Assembly: GCA_009694745.1 (NCBI GenBank)
Contig: SHUF01000001.1
Coordinates: forward strand, 12,914-76,913
Length of the DNA stretch: 64,000 bases
Reading direction: 5' to 3'
DNA from: Acidobacteriota bacterium
Lineage (GTDB): Bacteria; Acidobacteriota; Vicinamibacteria; Vicinamibacterales; SCN-69-37
Part shown: positions 55,449 to 64,000 of the stretch, piece after piece
Position numbering within the stretch: the first letter of the stretch is position 1
How the letters are laid out: every line of letters starts with the position of its first letter
Made by a program: the position numbers and the translations under genes
Notes under the pieces: model-generated
Databases searched by the model: none
What the model was told of the DNA's origin: nothing
The model's input: only the letters and a program-made list of their open reading frames with translations

Positions 55449-56367
55449 CGTCGGCCCCTGGAATCGAATCCTGGTCCGCCACGCGCGCCAGGCGTTTGTT
55501 GATGACGCAACGATCGCTGAACAGTGGCAGGCGCTCAACTTCACGGCGGCACCCGACTACGGCAAAGCGGTTGCACAGTACGAAAATTTTGTCGAACTGC
55601 TGAGCACAGGCGCACCGGTGCACCAATGCGACCCTGCGTCTGTGCAGCTGAATCTGGATGCCATCTATGTGCGCGACGCCTCGGTCATGTGCGCCCGAGG
55701 CGCCATTCTCTGCCGCATGGGAAAACCTCTGCGCGACCAGGAACCCGCAGCGTTGGCCGAAACGTATCGCGCGCTCGGCATTCCGATCGCCGGCGCCATA
55801 GAACCACCCGGAACCCTTGAAGGCGGCGACGTGACGTGGCTCGGGCCGCGATTGGCGGCGGTGGGCCGCAGCTACCGGACAAACGACGAGGGCATTCGGC
55901 AGCTTCGCCTCCTGCTCGGCGACTCGGTTGATGAACTCATCGTTGTGCCGTTGCCCCACTATCGCGGCGCCGGTGATGTATTCCACTTGATGTCGATCAT
56001 CAGTCCCGTGGACCACGACCTCGCCGTGGTGTATTCACCGCTGATGCCCGTGTCGTTCCGCGAACGCCTCTGTGATCTGGACTACACACTGGTCGAGGTG
56101 CCCGACCAGGAGTTCGATTCCATCGGCGCCAACGTGCTGGCCATTGCCCCGGGCAAGTGCGTGATGGTGGAAGGTAACCCAAAGACCCGTGCAGGGCTGG
56201 AACGCGCGGGCGCCGAGGTGCTGGTCTACGACGGGTCAGAGATCTCGCTCAAGGGCGGCGGGGGACCGACTTGTCTGACGAGACCTATACAAATGGGGAA
56301 CTTGGGAACTGGGGAACTGTACGTAGCTCGGCCTGTTCCTCAAGGCCGAGGACTGTCTCGGGCTTGA
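55441..56367 (+). CDS. Dimethylarginine dimethylaminohydrolase / arginine deiminase-like amidinotransferase, with a repeat-derived C-terminal tail
   Basis: GTG start overlapping the permease stop. EGGDVTWLG, HLMSIISPV, catalytic-Cys end GGGGPTCLTRPI at about 56290. The last 25 codons (QMGNLGTGELYVARPVPQGRGLSRA) lie in GGGAACT repeats and the REP element. Confidence 0.75.
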   Translation: MPDVGPWNRILVRHARQAFVDDATIAEQWQALNFTAAPDYGKAVAQYENFVELLSTGAPVHQCDPASVQLNLDAIYVRDASVMCARGAILCRMGKPLRDQEPAALAETYRALGIPIAGAIEPPGTLEGGDVTWLGPRLAAVGRSYRTNDEGIRQLRLLLGDSVDELIVVPLPHYRGAGDVFHLMSIISPVDHDLAVVYSPLMPVSFRERLCDLDYTLVEVPDQEFDSIGANVLAIAPGKCVMVEGNPKTRAGLERAGAEVLVYDGSEISLKGGGGPTCLTRPIQMGNLGTGELYVARPVPQGRGLSRA

Positions 56368-56386
56368 GGAACAGCCCGAGCTAGGT
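56319..56386. repeat. REP-like palindromic element, locus C (two units)
   Basis: GTACGTAGCTCGGCCTGTTCCTCAAGGCCGAGG (inverted unit), then CTCGGGCTTGAGGAACAGCCCGAGCTAGGT. Confidence 0.9.
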
Positions 56387-56792
56387 GCATCGTGCGCATC
56401 TTGATGAGCAGAACTGCCGCCGCCACCCACAAGAGTCCCACCGTGATCCAGGCGACAGGCGACGTGCTGAGAGCTCGCGGGTTTGTGGCTCCGTCCACGG
56501 CAGACATGTCGATGACCATCCCGCCTTTCGCAAGGCCGGCGATCACACCGTCCGGCCCTGTCAGCACCGCTTCCACGTCTGGCGTGTCGGGCAACATCGT
56601 GATCACGACGTCAGACTGACGCGCCACTTCCACTGGCGACGCGGCCGCCACGGCGCCGGCGGCCACCAGTGCGTCCACCGGACCACGGCTTCGGCTGTGC
56701 ACGACCAGCGGATATCCTTTGGCGAGCAGATGTGACGCCATGGGCTTGCCCATGACACCTAATCCGACAAAGCCGATTTTCATAGCGTTCAT
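56340..56792 (-). pseudogene. Truncated NAD(P)-dependent 3-hydroxyisobutyrate/2-hydroxy-3-oxopropionate-type dehydrogenase (N-terminal third only)
   Basis: MKIGFVGLGVMGKPMASHLLAKGYPLVVHSRS...MLPDTPDVEAVL...GGMVIDMS is the conserved Rossmann half. After about residue 105 the similarity is lost and the ORF runs into the REP element. Intact members are about 290 aa. Confidence 0.65.
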
Positions 56793-56812
56793 GCGTTCGT
56801 TTCCCGTTTTTT

Positions 56813-56846
56813 GCCTCGGCCTTGAAACCCAGGCCGAGCTACGTAC
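56813..56846. repeat. REP-like palindromic element, locus D (one unit)
   Basis: GCCTCGGCCTTGAAACCCAGGCCGAGCTACGTAC. The TAG stop of the 56839-59982 gene is the CTA of its GAGCTACGTAC core. Confidence 0.9.
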
Positions 56847-59800
56847 CGAAGGGTCTCGGACTCGTGCGTGTGGCCGTACGACGCTCCACTCGCAGGAACA
56901 GGCCCTGGTTGGCGGGTACGATCACCGAGACCGGGTCCACTTCCGCAAACTCCTGGAGACCCTCCACTGCGGGGGCGTAGACCCTGATCGGGCCCACCAA
57001 GCCCATCGCCTTGAGGTCCATGGCCAAGGACACCCGTTCGGTCTTGTCGGACCAGGACCCAATTGCAATCAGCGCGCTCCCCTCTCGAAGGTAGGTGGTG
57101 GCCAGCAATCCCGGGTGACCCGTGCGCACCGGCGTGTTCTTCAGCCAGTACCCGCGCATGCGGCTCTCGGCGATGCCGAAGTCGTTCATCATGGCCCACA
57201 CCGGCCGCGGATCGGTCTTGCCGTACAGGCGCGACGTCATCCCGAACAACAGGCCCCGATACGGGTGCCCTCCGTCCTGCAGCATCTCGCCCATCAGGCC
57301 GAACGGCAGTCCAGACACTTCGGTCATCCAATAGTCGGCCGGCAGTTTGTATTCAAAGTACTCGCCGAACCACAGTCGCGACATGTACGGAAAGTGCTCC
57401 ATGTAGAGCATGGCGCTGTTGATGAAGCCGTCATTCTTGTTGAACTGATTCGCTGAGTGCAGGTCAATCACTACCTGCCCACGCTTGGCCGCCAGCACCG
57501 AAATCATCCGGCGCACGGTTTCGCGGCTGAACGCGATGTCATCGAGATACAGCCCATCAATCTTCTGATGCTCGGCCAGCCACGCCAACCCTTCAATGTA
57601 GTAGTTCGTCCAGCGCGACGTCCCCTTATCCAGCATCGCCGCATCGTCCACCGTGTAGGCATGCCACGCCGAGTGGTAGCGGTCTTCCAAATGCTCCTGC
57701 ATCCACGAGTGCCCACCGCCTTCGCCGTCGTTCAGAATTTCGTCACCAAGACTGCGCAGCGCGAAGAGTTCATGGGCGCGATACGTCAGCTCGCGAATGG
57801 TGTTGTAGAGCTTGACCTTGATGCCCTTGGCATGGGCCTCTTCGATGTACGCGGTCTGCTTGTCGAGCGCGAAGAACGGGTAGTTGATGTAGGGATTGAT
57901 CTCGTTCGCATGGTGGATGTTGACCACCGTCCCGCCTGACGCCTTCACCTCATCGACGGGCACGTACTTGTGGACGAACCGGGTGTCAAAGTGCGTCTTC
58001 GTGTCGATGGGCTTGAATGGCGTGACCAGAAATCGAACATTGAAGTGCAGCTTCGTACCGGCGGTCACACGGCGAGCGCCCGAGTAGTTCGTGGCGGTCA
58101 CGGCACCGGCGGCGGTCTCGATGCGAATGCCTCCGCGCCCGTCGTTATACCAGGAGGGCGGCAGGTTCAGCGGCTTGCTCAGGTAGAAGTTGGTATTCAG
58201 CGGCCGCTCGTAGTTGTCGTCGCGCAACACGTACTGCAGGCCTTTGTGGATGCCACCGAGCCAGACGCCCTCCTGGTGGTTCTCCACCTTCCATGTCCAG
58301 TCCACGCGATCCGGCCGCATGCCACCCTTGCGTCCCAATCCCAACATGTACTCGGCCGCATCCGGCACCAGCGCCACCGGCATGACGATGTCGTCGATGC
58401 TGACGTCTTTGAGGGCCTCGAGCTCGATGCGATAGTCGAGCATGCCGTCATACTCAAGCGCGCCATTGACGGCCATGCGGAACGACGCGGAACGGCTCTG
58501 GGCGGTCCAGGTGACGCGGCCGCGCGCCTCCTGTTGCACCTGGAACGCCTGCGGTCGCATCGCCTCGGGCTGACCTGCGACCATCACGCGCAGGTTCACG
58601 GGGCGCGCCAACACGGACTCCGGGAGTGTTCCCAACGTCAGGTCCGGCGTGAAGTAACTCACGATCCGGTCGGGCAACCCCGAGGCGCCGAGCGTGACCG
58701 TTCGGCCCAGGACCGACAGCTCGCGCCGGCTGGTGCCGCCAATGGCAACAGGAGTGAACGGCTGGATGATGAAATCCGGGTCCGTGCCGGCCGACGAATT
58801 GATCCAGGCCAGGCGGCTCATCAACTCGGGTTCGTCAAATCCGTGATTGCGCGCCTGCGCCTGGTCCACATCGAGCTTCACCGTCACGGTCTGCCGATCG
58901 CCTGCGCCGGCCGACACGACTACGTTGCCCTCGACGGTCCCCGTGGCCTGATCCGCGGGAACCATCACGCCGATCCACAGGGGCTGCACCTCTCCGGCCT
59001 TCACACTGATCGCCTTCGTAAACGCCCGCCCATGTTCATCCACACCGCCGCAGTTGAAACACGTCAGCGACTTCTGCCACGCCGAGGGGAATCGATCGAA
59101 CGTCACGCGCAGGTCAGACAACGGCACTGCGCCGGCGATCACCGCCACCTGAAACGTGAAGTACTCGTCTCGAAGGACGCGGCTTTCGAGCGTCGAGACA
59201 GGCCCGCGGTCGGCCCAGTGTTTGGGGAGGAATCGGCGCATGCGCACCGGGTAGTCGCGATGCTCGGGCACCACGCGCCACCCATTGGGCGCGTTCTGCA
59301 TGAGCGTCGCAGTCTCATCGGGCGTGGCAATGATCTCCATCGGGAAGAAGCTGTGGAACGCATCCACCGACTGAATCCTCGTCGTCTTTGCCCTCGTGAT
59401 GCCGTCCAGATTCACCTTACGGGTGCGATCGGCCCATGCGAGCTCGGGCTCGATCACCGACCGCATGTAGGTCACCTTGGGATAGCTCCCACCGGTGGTT
59501 TGCCACGGCAGGTAGTAGACGAAGTAGCGGCTCGATCCAGGATTGGGCTGAAAGACGACGTCGCCAGACGCGTTGTCGATGCGAAGCGCGAACGCGTTCG
59601 CCACCACCCTTCCGGAGGTCGCGTCCACCACGACCAGGGCTTTTTCGGCCGGGTTGGGATCGTGCCTGCGCCAGGGAATGGTCACGCGGACATTGGCGCC
59701 GGCCCCAAGCGAGGCCGCCTCAACCTCAACCACCGCCCGATGATTGCCCCACGACTCATCCTTCGAGCCCGCGGCCAGGTGCGGCGTCCAGTTTCCTGGT

Positions 59801-59982
59801 TCGTAGGTCACGCCATCGACCACATTCGAGATGGCCGGCGCGCGATGGAGGTCGGCAAATGGCGGCTCGGTGGCCCAGACCACGGCCACGAGTGATGCGA
59901 TTCCAAGCGCCAGCGCGAACGCGGCGGTGCGGACGGGACTAGCGGACGGGTAGGGCAAGCGCGCGGGCGAGAAGGATGGCAT
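56839..59982 (-). CDS. Large secreted protein with a C-terminal TIM-barrel-like glycoside-hydrolase domain (GH123/DUF4091-like, tentative)
   Basis: 1047 aa with an N-terminal hydrophobic signal/anchor. C-terminal region GGTVVNIHHANEINPYINYPFF...KGIKVKLYNTIRELT...GGGHSWMQEHL...IDGLYLDDIAF resembles polysaccharide-hydrolase barrels. The family call is from memory only. Confidence 0.45.
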   Translation of the reverse strand: MPSFSPARLPYPSASPVRTAAFALALGIASLVAVVWATEPPFADLHRAPAISNVVDGVTYEPGNWTPHLAAGSKDESWGNHRAVVEVEAASLGAGANVRVTIPWRRHDPNPAEKALVVVDATSGRVVANAFALRIDNASGDVVFQPNPGSSRYFVYYLPWQTTGGSYPKVTYMRSVIEPELAWADRTRKVNLDGITRAKTTRIQSVDAFHSFFPMEIIATPDETATLMQNAPNGWRVVPEHRDYPVRMRRFLPKHWADRGPVSTLESRVLRDEYFTFQVAVIAGAVPLSDLRVTFDRFPSAWQKSLTCFNCGGVDEHGRAFTKAISVKAGEVQPLWIGVMVPADQATGTVEGNVVVSAGAGDRQTVTVKLDVDQAQARNHGFDEPELMSRLAWINSSAGTDPDFIIQPFTPVAIGGTSRRELSVLGRTVTLGASGLPDRIVSYFTPDLTLGTLPESVLARPVNLRVMVAGQPEAMRPQAFQVQQEARGRVTWTAQSRSASFRMAVNGALEYDGMLDYRIELEALKDVSIDDIVMPVALVPDAAEYMLGLGRKGGMRPDRVDWTWKVENHQEGVWLGGIHKGLQYVLRDDNYERPLNTNFYLSKPLNLPPSWYNDGRGGIRIETAAGAVTATNYSGARRVTAGTKLHFNVRFLVTPFKPIDTKTHFDTRFVHKYVPVDEVKASGGTVVNIHHANEINPYINYPFFALDKQTAYIEEAHAKGIKVKLYNTIRELTYRAHELFALRSLGDEILNDGEGGGHSWMQEHLEDRYHSAWHAYTVDDAAMLDKGTSRWTNYYIEGLAWLAEHQKIDGLYLDDIAFSRETVRRMISVLAAKRGQVVIDLHSANQFNKNDGFINSAMLYMEHFPYMSRLWFGEYFEYKLPADYWMTEVSGLPFGLMGEMLQDGGHPYRGLLFGMTSRLYGKTDPRPVWAMMNDFGIAESRMRGYWLKNTPVRTGHPGLLATTYLREGSALIAIGSWSDKTERVSLAMDLKAMGLVGPIRVYAPAVEGLQEFAEVDPVSVIVPANQGLFLRVERRTATRTSPRPFGT

Positions 59983-62900
59983 CGAGATCTCCGGACTGTG
60001 TGGGAGGCGCGGACATCTTCACTGCGCCGCTGGTCTGTCCCAGCGACTGCCTTGCGACCGCAGCGAGTTGGTCGAGTGCGTTACCGCCGCCGGCGCCGGT
60101 GGCGGCGATGACGGCCTCGAAGTGTGCCTGCGCTTCGGCGGGACGGCCCTGTCGTTGCGCCACGCGGCCGAGCAGGTATCGGGTCAGCCGCTCTTCGGGG
60201 TCATAGGGCTTACCCTGGCCCAGGCGCTCGGGCCACTCGAGGGCCGAGGTCAAGTGCGTGGCGGCCTCAGCCCAGCGGCCCTGGTTGTAGGCGGCCAACG
60301 CAGCGAACGTATGCGCCTGCACGTACATCTGGTGCGTTTCGCGCGAGTGCTCGGAGGGCAACGCCCGCGTGACGTTCAGCACAGCGAGCGCCTCGGCCGG
60401 ACGTTCGAGGTACAGCAGCGAGCGCACATGGAGCAGGTCCAGGTTGAAGTCTTTGGAAAACTGTTGCCGTGCCCGAGCTGAAACCGCCAGCGCGTCGGCC
60501 CACCTCGCCTGCTTCTGGTAGTGCTGAATCAAGGGGATGCGAACGGTGCGATCGCTTCCGGCCAATGTCTCGGCGCGTTTGAGGTCTGGTTCCGGATTCC
60601 CGCCGGCCTTCTCAATGAGGTGTGCCCGAGAGACGTAAAACGGCGCCGCATCAGGAGTATTGCCGAGCGGTGTCAGCAGGCGCTCCGCTTCGGACAGCCG
60701 GTCAAACGCCCACAGATTGAGCGCCCGCAGATAGGTCCAGCTCCAGTGATTGTTCTGTTGCGCCACCCACGTCAGGACGGGCAGTGTTTCCAGCCGGTAC
60801 GGAAACACCAACGCAACATCCGCGCTGCCCAGAACCGATGGGTCTTTCCTGAGATAGGCCAGCCACGCGCGCAGCAACGGATTGCGCATCTTCGCGGTGG
60901 CCGCCTCGAGGAGGCTGATGGCGTCAGCGGCCTGACCACGGTTCGCGTATCCAATGGCCAGCTCAAGCACGGACTGGTCCGGGAACTCGCTGCGCAGGCC
61001 GTCCAGGAACGCCGCTGAGGTGCCTGTGCCTGGCCTTGCCAGGAAGGTCTCCGCCCTCACGAAGTGATGCAAAGGATCGAACTCAAGCAACTGAGCGGCC
61101 GCCGTGGACACCTGCGCGGCATTGCCCGTCTTCCGACCCACGAGCGCAACGATCTGCCAGGCGGACAGATTCAGCCGGTTGTAGTCGATCGCGATGCGCG
61201 CGTACCGGTCAGCCCCACTCAGATCGCCGCGGACCAGAGCCAGTTCAGCCAGTTGCACGTTCGCGGCCGATCGGAACGCCAGCGCACGCGCAGCCCATCC
61301 GAACGCGTCGCGGGCATCCGCGGTCTTGCCGAGCGCGCGATACAGGTTGCCGGCGATGAAATTCGCTTCTGCGTCGTACGCGTCGAGACGCAATGCGCGA
61401 ACCACGTGCGCCAGGCCTGCGTCGTAGCGCGCGCGACGGTAATCAAGGTCGCCCATAGCGAGCATGGCGCCGCGATGCCACGGACTCTTGACCAGCGCCT
61501 CGTCGAGCATCGGTCTTGCAAGCTCGTAGCGTCTGCCCTGGATGAGTTCTTTCGCCTCAAAGACCAGCCGGTCGGCTTCGGGGATTGACGCGACGGCGGC
61601 GGCATCCGTTTCGAACGGGCGCGCGAGCGTCCGTTCAGCCGGGTCGGACGAATAGTCCACGCCCAGGCCGCGCAGTTCCACGCGATACGGCGCGCCCGCC
61701 GAATGGGGCACGGTCGTCGTGAACGGTTCCAGCGGCGCCAACCTGACCGGCTGTTCCAACACGAGCCTGCCGCTCGACCACACCCGCAGTGTGTCGGAGG
61801 CCTGCCCGAACGCATTCACGCCGATCTGCAACTGGCCGCCGGACTCTCGCACAGAGATTGCGGCGTCGCGCGAAGCGTCCGTCAATCCGCCCAGTCCCTC
61901 AAGCGGAAACCACGTCTCTGTCCAACGGTCCGTGGCAAACGGATCGAAGCCTGCCTGGGTGATGGGATTGATGTGCGCGTCCGGCGTGAACTGCACCAGC
62001 AGCCGTCCCGCCTGATACTCCACATATTGGCCGTCGGTGTCGGTCAGCAGATCTTCCCAGATGCCACCGGCACGCGAGAGCGCCCACAGCCATAACTTCT
62101 GCCCGGGCATCTCTTCGTGCCTGGCCCAGTGGCCGAACCCGTACTTCGCGTCTCGATAATAACCGCCGAAGAAGTCCTTGAGTTCGCCCACGACGTGAAA
62201 GGACTTGTTGGACCCAAACGTGTTGTTCTTGTAGACCGGCAGGAATTGGTCCTGTCCATCGCGTGGCCATGATTCGCGCGCGCCCGGATGCGTCAGGTAG
62301 GCGTTGCCGGGGATGGACATCTCCAGGTCGTCCTTCGCAAACGCCGCAGCTGTCATCCAGTTGTAATACGGCTGCTCGAGCGCCGTCCCGTTGTGCCACA
62401 ACACGTTCGTCTCAAATGACGCCTTGTCGGCCGGCAGCCGGACTTCCACACGCCACTCGGTGCGCGACGGCAGATCCATTGTGCCGACGATGCAGCTGAC
62501 GCTGCCGTCGGGGTTCTGCCTGAGCGCATAGTCCACGGGCGTCGCCGTTGACGGCGTGTGGCCGATGACGCCGAAGTTGAACTCGATGCCGCCAGACGTC
62601 CACGGTCCGCGAAGGGCGATGTTGCGAAACTTGACGACTTCGTTTCGATAGATGAACTCGTGCCCGGTCTTCTTGACGCGCGCGCCCCACACCTTGCCAC
62701 CGATCTCGGGCAGTACAAAGACTTCAATCAAATCGTTCTCGAGCGTGACGACCTTCCACTCACGCGGCGTGCCTTCGTGTTCGTACCCTTCGAACGCGTG
62801 GTACGGATACAACCTGGTGTCCTTCGTGAGAATCGGCACCGGGTTGGGTTCGGAGAAGGCGTACGTCTTGAGGGTCTGCAGCCCTTCCGAGATTCGGGCC

Positions 62901-62983
62901 GCTCGTGTACTCTGCGCGGTGTGGACTGGCGATGCCGCAAGGACCGCCGTGAGTGCGACAAGTGGCCAGCATCGACGAACCAT
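59939..62983 (-). CDS. DUF5107 domain-containing protein with C-terminal TPR repeats
   Basis: 1014 aa with a signal peptide. N-half LKTYAFSEPNPVPIL...RLYPYHAFEGY...GGKVWGARVKKTGHEFIYRNEVVKFRNIALRGPWTSGGIEFNFG matches my recollection of DUF5107. The C-terminal half is TPR-like. Confidence 0.65.
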   Translation of the reverse strand: MVRRCWPLVALTAVLAASPVHTAQSTRAARISEGLQTLKTYAFSEPNPVPILTKDTRLYPYHAFEGYEHEGTPREWKVVTLENDLIEVFVLPEIGGKVWGARVKKTGHEFIYRNEVVKFRNIALRGPWTSGGIEFNFGVIGHTPSTATPVDYALRQNPDGSVSCIVGTMDLPSRTEWRVEVRLPADKASFETNVLWHNGTALEQPYYNWMTAAAFAKDDLEMSIPGNAYLTHPGARESWPRDGQDQFLPVYKNNTFGSNKSFHVVGELKDFFGGYYRDAKYGFGHWARHEEMPGQKLWLWALSRAGGIWEDLLTDTDGQYVEYQAGRLLVQFTPDAHINPITQAGFDPFATDRWTETWFPLEGLGGLTDASRDAAISVRESGGQLQIGVNAFGQASDTLRVWSSGRLVLEQPVRLAPLEPFTTTVPHSAGAPYRVELRGLGVDYSSDPAERTLARPFETDAAAVASIPEADRLVFEAKELIQGRRYELARPMLDEALVKSPWHRGAMLAMGDLDYRRARYDAGLAHVVRALRLDAYDAEANFIAGNLYRALGKTADARDAFGWAARALAFRSAANVQLAELALVRGDLSGADRYARIAIDYNRLNLSAWQIVALVGRKTGNAAQVSTAAAQLLEFDPLHHFVRAETFLARPGTGTSAAFLDGLRSEFPDQSVLELAIGYANRGQAADAISLLEAATAKMRNPLLRAWLAYLRKDPSVLGSADVALVFPYRLETLPVLTWVAQQNNHWSWTYLRALNLWAFDRLSEAERLLTPLGNTPDAAPFYVSRAHLIEKAGGNPEPDLKRAETLAGSDRTVRIPLIQHYQKQARWADALAVSARARQQFSKDFNLDLLHVRSLLYLERPAEALAVLNVTRALPSEHSRETHQMYVQAHTFAALAAYNQGRWAEAATHLTSALEWPERLGQGKPYDPEERLTRYLLGRVAQRQGRPAEAQAHFEAVIAATGAGGGNALDQLAAVARQSLGQTSGAVKMSAPPTQSGDLDAILLARALALPVR

Positions 62984-63018
62984 GCCGGGTATCTTACTCC
63001 CAGCTTGTTCAGGCGCGC

Positions 63019-64000
63019 CTATGTGCCGTCGATGAGCGACGCGTAACAGTCCACCGCACGGAACAACTCCGCGAGATCGAGGTGCTCTTCATCGGTGTGC
63101 GCCACCGTGATGGACCCAGGGCCCAGCAGCATCGGGGTGCCCCACGCGTCCAGGAACGGCACGTCAGTGGTGTAGGCAAACACCGCCGTCTCAAAACCCG
63201 GCACCGTGTGCAAACGCACCTGCGGCACCACCAACACGTCGTCAATCGTCGCGCACGAACCGATGGCGTTTTCCAGTTGGTCACGTACGTCGCGGAAATC
63301 ACCGACCGTACGGAACATGATCTCCGCGCTGGCGTTGGGGGGAATCACATTCGGCGCCACGCCGCCAGACATCAGGCCGATCGAGTAGTTCGTGGGGCCC
63401 AAGAGATCATCTGCCGGCCATTCCACTTCACGCAGCGACACCAACGCGTCGAGCATCTTTTCGATCGCGGATTCGCCAAGTTCGGAAAGGCTTGAATGCG
63501 CGGCCCGGCCGGTAGCCGTGAGTCGCGCGCGATACACGCCTTTGGTCGCGAAGCCGAGGCGATTGTCGGTCGGCTCGCCATTGATCAGCCACTGCGATGC
63601 GGTCGGCCAGAGGTTTGCCGCCCGGGCGCCATCGCTGCCGCGCTCTTCACCCGCGACAAACAACAAGCCGACATCCGTGCGACCTGCGGCCCGCGCGCGC
63701 TCGGCGGCCGCCACCTGCGCGGCCAGGATTCCTTTGGCGTCACACGCGCCACGTCCGTACAGCCGGCTACCCTCGAGGCGGCTGGGAATGAACGGCGGCA
63801 CGCAATCGAAGTGCGTAGACAACACGACTCGGGGGCTGGCGGCTTCGCTCACTCTGGCGATAACGTTGCTGCGTCCATCGGCCAGCGGCTGCTCGTCCAC
63901 ATGCCATCCGCGCTCACGCAGTATTCGCGCCAGGAACGCGGCCACGGCCTGCTCGCGCCCAGTCGTGGAGTCGAGATCAATCAGCGCGCGAGCAAAATCG
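63019..64000 (-). CDS. M20 family metallopeptidase (ArgE/DapE-like deacylase), partial; N-terminus beyond window end
   Basis: LSTHFDCVPP, GRGACDAKG, FVAGEERGSDGA motifs. The frame remains open upstream of the listed start to base 64000 (..DFARALIDLDSTTGREQAVAAFLARIL). Confidence 0.8.
   Translation of the reverse strand, partial: DFARALIDLDSTTGREQAVAAFLARILRERGWHVDEQPLADGRSNVIARVSEAASPRVVLSTHFDCVPPFIPSRLEGSRLYGRGACDAKGILAAQVAAAERARAAGRTDVGLLFVAGEERGSDGARAANLWPTASQWLINGEPTDNRLGFATKGVYRARLTATGRAAHSSLSELGESAIEKMLDALVSLREVEWPADDLLGPTNYSIGLMSGGVAPNVIPPNASAEIMFRTVGDFRDVRDQLENAIGSCATIDDVLVVPQVRLHTVPGFETAVFAYTTDVPFLDAWGTPMLLGPGSITVAHTDEEHLDLAELFRAVDCYASLIDGT

Overview
GC-rich bacterial chromosomal segment. 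The gene content points to Acidobacteriota; this is inference, no search was run. The supporting families are VWFA proteins of the acidobacterial TIGR03436 type, TonB-dependent-like outer-membrane proteins fronted by a CarboxypepD_reg domain, remnants of a PadR/ADOP permease pair, a DUF1800/DUF1501 pair and PQQ-like beta-propellers. I support about 50 intact CDS and one tRNA-Glu(CUC). Recognisable units: a CHASE2 cyclase coupled to an M48 protease; a cupredoxin, heme O synthase and DUF420 module; a secreted beta-lactamase-fold/NamZ (DUF1343) fusion; two VapC-type toxin-antitoxin pairs; a cluster of secreted VWFA paralogs with a sulfatase-TPR protein; a CsoR-like sensor upstream of a TonB-dependent-like OMP; a TetR-controlled beta-oxidation operon with a perfect AT-rich palindromic operator; three tandem PQQ-like propeller proteins; a DDAH-like amidinotransferase with permease and FAD oxidase; a GH-like plus DUF5107-TPR pair. 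No CRISPR array, transposase, integrase, reverse transcriptase or obvious defence island was seen. I cannot point to one clear-cut novel system. The notable non-standard signals are: (1) a dispersed REP-like palindromic repeat family at four loci, which also supplies the C-terminal codons or stop of two genes and brackets a gene fragment; (2) about eight disrupted genes between 30.4 and 56.8 kb, including a four-gene envelope-glycosylation cluster carrying a frameshift, a nonsense codon and deletions; (3) a tRNA-like 3' remnant followed by a block of short direct repeats; (4) structured repeat-rich intergenic regions at 7.65-7.79 kb and 38.68-38.91 kb. The best candidates for uncharacterised extracytoplasmic systems are the VWFA cluster, the PQQ-propeller trio, the DUF1800/DUF1501 pair and the GH-like/DUF5107 pair. 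All family calls come from reading the translated sequences and recognising motifs, not from database searches.
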